The notes beneath the pieces were generated by a model that saw only the letters and a program-made list of their open reading frames with translations, searched no databases and had not been told where the DNA came from. From Candidatus Hadarchaeota archaeon (GTDB taxonomy: Archaea > Hadarchaeota > Hadarchaeia > Hadarchaeales > Hadarchaeaceae): 32,000 nt of DNA. Numbering within the stretch: the first letter of the stretch is position 1; every line of letters begins with the position of its first letter. The DNA is taken from assembly GCA_964514965.1 (NCBI GenBank), contig CAZETV010000001.1, positions 933,063 through 965,062 on the forward strand, in the 5' to 3' direction. Shown piece after piece: positions 26,071 through 32,000 of this stretch. The translations under genes were made by a program, and so were the position numbers.

Positions 26071-27480
26071 CTATCGTACCTTGCCCATCTCCCGCGGATG
26101 TTTGCCAGCGCGCCAGTGGGCCTCTATCTGTTCTAGACTCTGCCCCTTGGTTTCTGGAACCAAAAGGTAAGTGAAGAGCCAGGCCCCTATGCCTATTATG
26201 CCAAAAAGCCAAAAGGTTCCGGACCGACCTAGCATTTGGATTAGTGTGAGGAAAGTCATGGCAACAATCAGGTTAGCACCCCAGTTGGCAACGGTCGCGG
26301 TGCTCATCGCTAGTCCGCGGATTTTCAGTGGGTAAATCTCTGAGATTAACAACCAGAAAACAGGGCCCAAGCCTATGGCAAAAGAAGCTACGTAAGCCAT
26401 CAGACTTCCAACTGCTATCCATCCCAGTGCACCCTGCAGGTTGGGTAACAGGAAGGCTAGACCGAGTACACTTAGACTGATAATCATGCCAACCAAGCCG
26501 ACCAACAACAAGCGCCGCCGTCCCACGCGATCTAACAGCTCCATTGCCACCACGGTCATCAAGAGGTTTATAACGCCTACACCAACGGTGGCTAAGATAG
26601 CAGCTGATGCTGACTTGAACCCCGCAAATTGGAAAATTGTGGGAGCATAGTAAATGACTGTATTGATTCCGGTGATCTGTTGTGAGATTGCCAAGCCTAT
26701 GCCGACGATTAATGCTGGCCTCACCAACGGTTTTAACAACTCAGGCCAGCTACCGCTTTGTTTCTTAAGACCCTCTTGAATCTCTTGCAGCTCATTTTCC
26801 ACGTTTGCAGTGCCACGGATGCGTTTTAAAACGTTGCGCGCTTTATCCATCAAAGCATGACTTACCAGCCAGCGGGGACTTTCAGGCATAAACAGAAATC
26901 CAATTGCTAGAAAAACTGAAGGAATCGCCGCTAAAGCGAACATAAATCGCCATCCTTGAATACTAGACAACGCATAACCCACCAAGTAAGAGATGACGAT
27001 TCCACCGGTAATGGCGAGCTGATTGAATGAGACCAGTCTACCGCGAACTTTAACGGGGGACACCTCTGAGATGTAAAGCGGTGCACTAAAGGAAGCTATT
27101 CCGATAGCGACTCCAACGATGATCCGACCAACGATTAACCAAGCGACATTCGGAGCCAGCGCCGTGCCGATAGCGCTCAGGGTGAATATGGAGGCCGCGA
27201 GTATGATAATTCTCCGCCGTCCAAAGCGGTCACTCAGAGTCCCGCCCACAGCGGCACCGATCACCGCACCCAGTAAGACGCTGCTAACCACGACCTCTTC
27301 CAGAGTCGCCGAAAGTGAGAATTCTTGCTTAATGAAGAGTATGGCTCCTGAAATGACGCCAGTGTCATATCCAAAAAGCATCCCGCCCAGCGCGGATATG
27401 GCGGCGGCGATATAGACAAATAGGGTACTGCCATCTCGTGGACTAAAAATGCGTTTTTGGTTCATTGATATTGAACTCAA
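26071..27480 (-). CDS. MFS sugar porter family transporter
   Basis: GGMLFGYDTGVISGAILFIK, GGTLSDRFGRRRIIILAA, PESPRWLVSH, QQITGINTVIYYAPTIFQFAGF, VPETKGQSLEQIEAHW. Confidence 0.95.
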   Translation of the reverse strand: MSSISMNQKRIFSPRDGSTLFVYIAAAISALGGMLFGYDTGVISGAILFIKQEFSLSATLEEVVVSSVLLGAVIGAAVGGTLSDRFGRRRIIILAASIFTLSAIGTALAPNVAWLIVGRIIVGVAIGIASFSAPLYISEVSPVKVRGRLVSFNQLAITGGIVISYLVGYALSSIQGWRFMFALAAIPSVFLAIGFLFMPESPRWLVSHALMDKARNVLKRIRGTANVENELQEIQEGLKKQSGSWPELLKPLVRPALIVGIGLAISQQITGINTVIYYAPTIFQFAGFKSASAAILATVGVGVINLLMTVVAMELLDRVGRRRLLLVGLVGMIISLSVLGLAFLLPNLQGALGWIAVGSLMAYVASFAIGLGPVFWLLISEIYPLKIRGLAMSTATVANWGANLIVAMTFLTLIQMLGRSGTFWLFGIIGIGAWLFTYLLVPETKGQSLEQIEAHWRAGKHPREMGKVR

Positions 27481-27560
27481 TTTTATTTCCCATTTTTCGC
27501 TATAACTTTTATAATTTGTTATTTATTTCGACGAGTTTCATCGAGTCTTCGTAAATTTAT

Positions 27561-27923
27561 CTAAATCATCTCTTTTTCTTCAATCTCAAATTTATTTTTT
27601 AGTGCCCAAAGCTTGGCTGCGTCTAAAATCAACCATAAGTTCTCCACAGTTTCCACGAGTTTCCAGTTTCTGAAGTCTTCTTCTGCGACAAAGTCTATTT
27701 CTTTCACATCTCTCATAGTTTCCTCTTTCAGGTGTGTGTCATATTCGGTTGAAAAAATATCATACAATATTTTGTGAGCGTTGTTGTCTATGATGAATTT
27801 GGCGGTTATGAGTCCGTCAGGGGTTTCAAGCCAAAACTCAGAATTGGAGACTTCGCGCAAGTTTATTTTTATCTTCTCTTTTTTTAAGAAATTTAGCAAG
27901 TTTGAGACGAGATTTGTTTTCAA
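27561..27923 (-). CDS. Hypothetical protein, 120 aa
   Basis: Open frame with plausible composition (ISNSEFWLETPDGLITAKFIIDNNAHKILYDIFSTEYDTHLKEE); no family recognised. Confidence 0.5.
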   Translation of the reverse strand: MKTNLVSNLLNFLKKEKIKINLREVSNSEFWLETPDGLITAKFIIDNNAHKILYDIFSTEYDTHLKEETMRDVKEIDFVAEEDFRNWKLVETVENLWLILDAAKLWALKNKFEIEEKEMI

Positions 27924-28013
27924 TTAACTACCACCCGATAATGTTATTTGGCATTTTAGTTTTTTGTTGCACTTCATCCTTGAATTTTTAGGCATTAGAA
28001 CACACCTGTTTCT

Positions 28014-30461
28014 TTACCTGCGGAATCTTATACCACCATGGTCCAGCATCGTGTATAAACGCACTTTTATAAAATCTATTATTACAAAAACAATCAGCGC
28101 CTCTCCCCAAATGAAAAGTGCGTTAAACCAGCCCATAGCGGGAAGTAAAAATCCATAAACGGTGATTAAAGTGGCAATGAGTTGCGTGGATATCACAGCA
28201 ATTAATAAAATTTTTGCCGGTTTCACAGACCAAAAGTGACCTTTCGTGCGGGCCATGAAAACGGTTAGGTGGCCTGCTACAGAAAGTTTTAGATAAATGA
28301 ATGACTGGAGGATCCCGAGGGGCAGGTGGAATATATTTAGCCCGATGTATAGCACCCCAAAGGATTCGAAAACACCCATAATCCCGAGCATGGTAGCCAT
28401 ACTCAATAGAGACCGCATATTCCATTTTTCCGGCTTATCTGAGTATTTGACATTATCATAGGCGATCGACATAATCGGTGCGTCATTCAGAAGCGCCAAT
28501 AACACGATCATTAGAGCGGTAACAGGGTAAAACTGGAATATAATGATTGACAGAGCAATGAAAAACAAAACCCTGATTGTTTCGGCAATGCGATATATGG
28601 CGTAATTGTTCATCCGCTGGAATATTTTGCGGCTTTGTTTTATGGAATCGATTATCGTGGAAATACCTGGCTTGGTCAGGACTATGTCCGCAGCAGATTT
28701 TGCAGCGTCCGTGGCACCAGCGACGGCAATTCCCACGTCGGCCTTTTTCAGGGCAGGCGCGTCGTTGACTCCGTCGCCTGTCATGCCAACGATGTGTCCA
28801 TCGGCTTGAAGCAGTTCCACTATGTGATACTTGTGCTCCGGGAAGACCTGTGCGAAGCCATCAGCTTTTTCAACGATGCTCTTTGCTTCTCTGTTGGTTC
28901 TGTCAAGAAAAGAAGATGCTTGAGCGATGTTTGGGCCCAAATTTACTTGCTTGGATATCTCCTTAGCAATGGAAGCATGGTCGCCGGTAACCATTTTTAC
29001 ATTCACGCCCATGGTCTCGGCTGTTTTGATGGTTTCCGCCGAATCTTCACGGGGTGGGTCCTGAAGGCCTAGGAGACCTACAAATTGCCAGTTTTCCTGA
29101 GTATCAGTCTTAGCAACTCCGAGCGCTCGATAACCTTTGGCAGCGAAGGTATCCACAAGCTGGCCAACTTTGCTACTGATGGCATCATTGTCGGCTAAGA
29201 GGGATAGGATGACTTGCGGTGCACCTTTGGCCACCTTGAAGTGTCCGCCGTTGGCATCCTCCACGGTAGCTTCAGTCCGCTTTGAAACCGGGTCAAAAGG
29301 ACTAAATTCGACTACCTTGTATTTACTAGACACCTCGTCAAGCAGCTGAAAAGTCCTAGCTTTGTTGATAATTGCATTGTCGATGGGATCTTTATCCTCC
29401 TCCCTAGATGCTAGAGTACCAAATAGCATTACATCTTTCTCTTTGAATCCCTCGGAGGGCGCAGTTTCGGCAACGTCGATTTCATTTTTGGTAATAGTGC
29501 CGGTTTTATCCGCACACAAAACATCCACGCCAGCCATTTCCTCTATGGCGACCAGTCTGCTGACGATAGCTTCCCTCTTGGCCAAGGCGATGGCACCTAT
29601 AGCCATGGTTACCGATAGGACTGCAGGCAGCGCGACGGGTATTGCGGCAACGGTCAGAACCAGCGTGAACTGGAGGGTTTCCAACAGGCTTTCATGACGG
29701 AAAAGCGCCACTAGAAAAATTATCACTGCCAACGTCACCGCAAGTAAGATAAGGTAATCACCGATCTTGACGATGGCTTTCCTGAAGTGGCTTCTTTTAA
29801 CCTCGGCCTTTTCCACAAGTCCAGCCGTTTTTCCGAAATATGTGTTCATGCCTGTGGAAACCACGAGAGCGGTCGTCTCACCCTGACGTATGATGGAACC
29901 TGAATAGCCAACGTCCGAAGCATGCTTTTCCACAGGCAAGGATTCTCCGGTCAAAGCGGATTCATCCACCATCAGATAACCGCTATCCATGAGTTTCATG
30001 TCGGCGGGGACAATATCGCCTAGACGGACGCGAACAACATCTCCCGGCACGAGTTCCTTGGCAGGCAATTGAATCCATTTGCCATCGCGCAAAACCCTCG
30101 CATTTGGGGCTAGTTTCTGTTTCAATAATTCAATGGCATTTTCTGCCTTGTGCTCCTGCCAGAACCCGACTACCCCGTTCAGAACCAGCAGGGAAAAGAT
30201 TATCACAAAGTCCTCCCAGCGCCCGATAGCTGCCGAGATTACCAGTGCAACTTCGATCATCCACGGTATCGGGCCCCAGAAATAGCCCAGAAACTTGAGA
30301 TAGGGGTTTACCTTCTTTTCAAGTAGCTCATTAGGACCGTATTGCTCCAGCCGACTCTTTGCCTCTGAAGAGGAAAGTCCCTTTTCGCTGGAGGAAAGTT
30401 TCTTAAACAGTTCATCTATACTGATACCTTTCGCATCTTGTGCCTTCATCGTACTTTTCAT
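28014..30461 (-). CDS. Plasma-membrane proton-efflux P-type ATPase (P3A type)
   Basis: VDESALTGESLPVEK, ADKTGTITKNEI, FSPFDPVSKRTEATV, MVTGDHASIAKEI, MTGDGVNDAPALKKADVGIAVAGATDAAKSAADIVL, NYAIYRIAETIRVL. Confidence 0.93.
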   Translation of the reverse strand: MKSTMKAQDAKGISIDELFKKLSSSEKGLSSSEAKSRLEQYGPNELLEKKVNPYLKFLGYFWGPIPWMIEVALVISAAIGRWEDFVIIFSLLVLNGVVGFWQEHKAENAIELLKQKLAPNARVLRDGKWIQLPAKELVPGDVVRVRLGDIVPADMKLMDSGYLMVDESALTGESLPVEKHASDVGYSGSIIRQGETTALVVSTGMNTYFGKTAGLVEKAEVKRSHFRKAIVKIGDYLILLAVTLAVIIFLVALFRHESLLETLQFTLVLTVAAIPVALPAVLSVTMAIGAIALAKREAIVSRLVAIEEMAGVDVLCADKTGTITKNEIDVAETAPSEGFKEKDVMLFGTLASREEDKDPIDNAIINKARTFQLLDEVSSKYKVVEFSPFDPVSKRTEATVEDANGGHFKVAKGAPQVILSLLADNDAISSKVGQLVDTFAAKGYRALGVAKTDTQENWQFVGLLGLQDPPREDSAETIKTAETMGVNVKMVTGDHASIAKEISKQVNLGPNIAQASSFLDRTNREAKSIVEKADGFAQVFPEHKYHIVELLQADGHIVGMTGDGVNDAPALKKADVGIAVAGATDAAKSAADIVLTKPGISTIIDSIKQSRKIFQRMNNYAIYRIAETIRVLFFIALSIIIFQFYPVTALMIVLLALLNDAPIMSIAYDNVKYSDKPEKWNMRSLLSMATMLGIMGVFESFGVLYIGLNIFHLPLGILQSFIYLKLSVAGHLTVFMARTKGHFWSVKPAKILLIAVISTQLIATLITVYGFLLPAMGWFNALFIWGEALIVFVIIDFIKVRLYTMLDHGGIRFRR

Positions 30462-30509
30462 GGGATAAACGCCTCTTAAGTAGCTTTTATCATATCCTCT
30501 TGCTGATGA

Positions 30510-30743
30510 TTACTTCACAGTTATGCATGTGCAGTGAGCATGATTACATACTTTAGTTGAAACGCTCCCCATAAACACCTTTGAGAACCTACCCTGACCG
30601 CGATTCCCCATAACTATCAGGCCCACTCTCTTCTTTTTTGCCAAAGCAAGAGTCAATTCAACCGCTTTCTTAGAATGTTCTGAACCATCCAATGCAACTA
30701 GTATCCTACGCAGGGAGAATTTTACAAGCTTCTTGTTTTTCAA
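30510..30743 (-). CDS. Shortened universal stress protein (UspA-like), internally truncated
   Basis: RRILVALDGSEHSKKAVELTLALAKKK fused directly to RVGLIVMGNRGQGRFSKVFMGSVSTKVCNHAHCTCITVK; the usual middle portion of a Usp domain is absent. Confidence 0.7.
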   Translation of the reverse strand: MKNKKLVKFSLRRILVALDGSEHSKKAVELTLALAKKKRVGLIVMGNRGQGRFSKVFMGSVSTKVCNHAHCTCITVK

Positions 30744-30779
30744 TAACTGACCCTTTTTTATTATATGGATATTAGCTTA

Positions 30780-31604
30780 TTAAGCATAAATTCTGGATTT
30801 GGATATTTTTCTGGCTTCTTCCATAATTTTATTCAAACTGTCTTGAGGCAATTCTGTCATTTTTTTCAGGCGCTCAAATCCGTAGTCGAGCAGATCCTTT
30901 GTCAGCATTATCCCTGCTTGAAACAATCGATCCTTCGCGAACCCCTTGACAGACCTCAAAATTGTAATAGGATAAATTTTCTTCTCCTCTATCATCCTCT
31001 CCAAGCTCTCCATTCGCGGGTGTCTCCAGCTCGTGATTTTCAAGCCGGCGCATCTTGCATACTTCCTCGCCTCACCCGTTAATTTGGTATTGCAGACCAG
31101 CCAGGCGTGGTCAAAATCATCGCCTAAATCCAAGAATCTCGCGTGGGTGTACATGGCAACTTTCAAATCGGTGTATATCCCGAGGGCGTTGTGGTACTTG
31201 CACTCCACCAGATAACGTTTGGCGTCCTTTTCCGCGACGATGTCAATCTCGTGGTCAACACACTTGCCCCGGATGACCTGCCCCACCTTGGTCTTGTAGC
31301 CGTAATTTTGAAGCAGTTCGGCGACGAACTTTTCAAAGGGGAAACCGGTGGGGCCGAGGGTCATGATCGCCCTCTTCAGGTCGTATCTGATGGCGGCTTC
31401 CGGTTCCTTTTTGAGCAGTTTGAGGGTGAGGTTCAGGACCTCTCTGGTGGTTATCCCGTCGTAGGCTCTCTTCTCGACTTCTTTCGCGATCCTATCGGCC
31501 AGCTCTCTTGATGCCCCCGCCCTCAGGCAGGTTTTCCTGACCTTTTCGACATCGAGTTCTTCTTTTTCCCCCGATGCCTTTATCACGTACATTTCGACAC
31601 TCAT
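30780..31604 (-). CDS. ATP-cone domain fused to Mrr/PD-(D/E)XK-like restriction endonuclease domain
   Basis: N-terminus MYVIKASGEKEELDVEKVRKTCLRAGASRELADRIAKEVEKRAYDGITTREV (ATP-cone-like), then GFPFEKFVAELLQNYGYKTKV...CVDHEIDIVAEKDAKRYLVECKYHN (D...EXK). Likely start at MSVEMYV; the track ORF extends to 31727. Confidence 0.82.
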   Translation of the reverse strand: MSVEMYVIKASGEKEELDVEKVRKTCLRAGASRELADRIAKEVEKRAYDGITTREVLNLTLKLLKKEPEAAIRYDLKRAIMTLGPTGFPFEKFVAELLQNYGYKTKVGQVIRGKCVDHEIDIVAEKDAKRYLVECKYHNALGIYTDLKVAMYTHARFLDLGDDFDHAWLVCNTKLTGEARKYARCAGLKITSWRHPRMESLERMIEEKKIYPITILRSVKGFAKDRLFQAGIMLTKDLLDYGFERLKKMTELPQDSLNKIMEEARKISKSRIYA

Positions 31605-31778
31605 GCTTACGATTTCACGCGAATGGATAAATTTTTCGCAATAGGTGTAAAAATAACTGAAATTCAAGACGCTTGAATTCAGCAGATGATGGAGATATTT
31701 AGGATGGAGGTACAAACCTGGGTTCAAACTCTTAATACCACACCATATGCATTCTGAAGTAGTTTAGGCATTTTCAGA

Positions 31779-31798
31779 GGAGATTTCCGGAAATCTCC
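31779..31798. repeat. Perfect 20-bp palindrome GGAGATTTCCGGAAATCTCC
   Basis: Read directly from sequence; the left half reverse-complements exactly to the right half. Confidence 0.9.
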
Positions 31799-32000
31799 CA
31801 GAATTTTGCTGGAAATTTTTTGGAGATAAAAAGTGGCTAAACTTCTGGATTTGTACCCACACTAATCGTTTTGAGGACCATGCATAAGTATAAATTCCTA
31901 GCCGAGAATCTACCGTTGAAAAAAGATTAATAAAACGAAAACTGTATATAGTTATTGTTGCGTATTATCTAAAGATAGTATGCAAGCTGAAGAGCAGATT

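Noticed and set aside
28123-29697. ORFs overlapping the P-type ATPase on both strands
   Set aside because: Shadow frames of a clearly conserved 815-aa ATPase; translations resemble nothing known.
31718-31735. T-arm-like string ctgggttcaaactc as a possible tRNA
   Set aside because: Flanking bases cannot form the T stem or acceptor, and no anticodon arm is present at the right spacing.
1-32000. CRISPR array
   Set aside because: No regularly spaced direct repeats seen; the only long repeats are the two diverged copies flanking the ArsR cassette.

Overview
Archaeal chromosomal window with three parts. (A) About 0-13.3 kb is a tetrahydromethanopterin (H4MPT) C1 module. It contains a tightly overlapping minus-strand operon, fwdD-fwdB-fwdA-ftr-fwdC-mch. 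A divergent core-MetE-type methionine synthase and a beta-RFAP synthase follow on the plus strand. Next comes a set of H4MPT-biosynthesis or H4MPT-associated genes: DUF1464 ASKHA-like, dihydropteroate-synthase-like, DmrX-like flavoprotein/ferredoxin, DUF447, and a CitG-like protein. (B) About 13.3-19.3 kb is housekeeping: nth, a SWIM-like zinc protein, ksgA, aEF-2, DUF1512 and a tRNA-Leu(CAG). (C) About 19.4-31.7 kb is accessory. The most interesting part is an AT-rich cassette immediately 3' of the tRNA-Leu gene. It encodes a ribbon-helix-helix-like microprotein, an ArsR regulator, a Met-rich membrane protein, a stand-alone ThrRS editing-domain protein, a SAM methyltransferase and a DsrE-like protein. 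It is bracketed by two diverged direct copies of a ~220-250 bp segment; the second copy carries a frameshifted version of the microprotein and tRNA T-arm-like sequence. The tRNA-Leu gene itself appears to contain a 19-nt intron in the D arm with a bulge-helix-bulge-like fold. Other accessory genes are arsC, membrane proteins, GH15, an MFS sugar porter, a P-type H+-ATPase, a shortened universal stress protein and an ATP-cone/Mrr-like nuclease. All family assignments come from motif recognition by eye; no database search was run.
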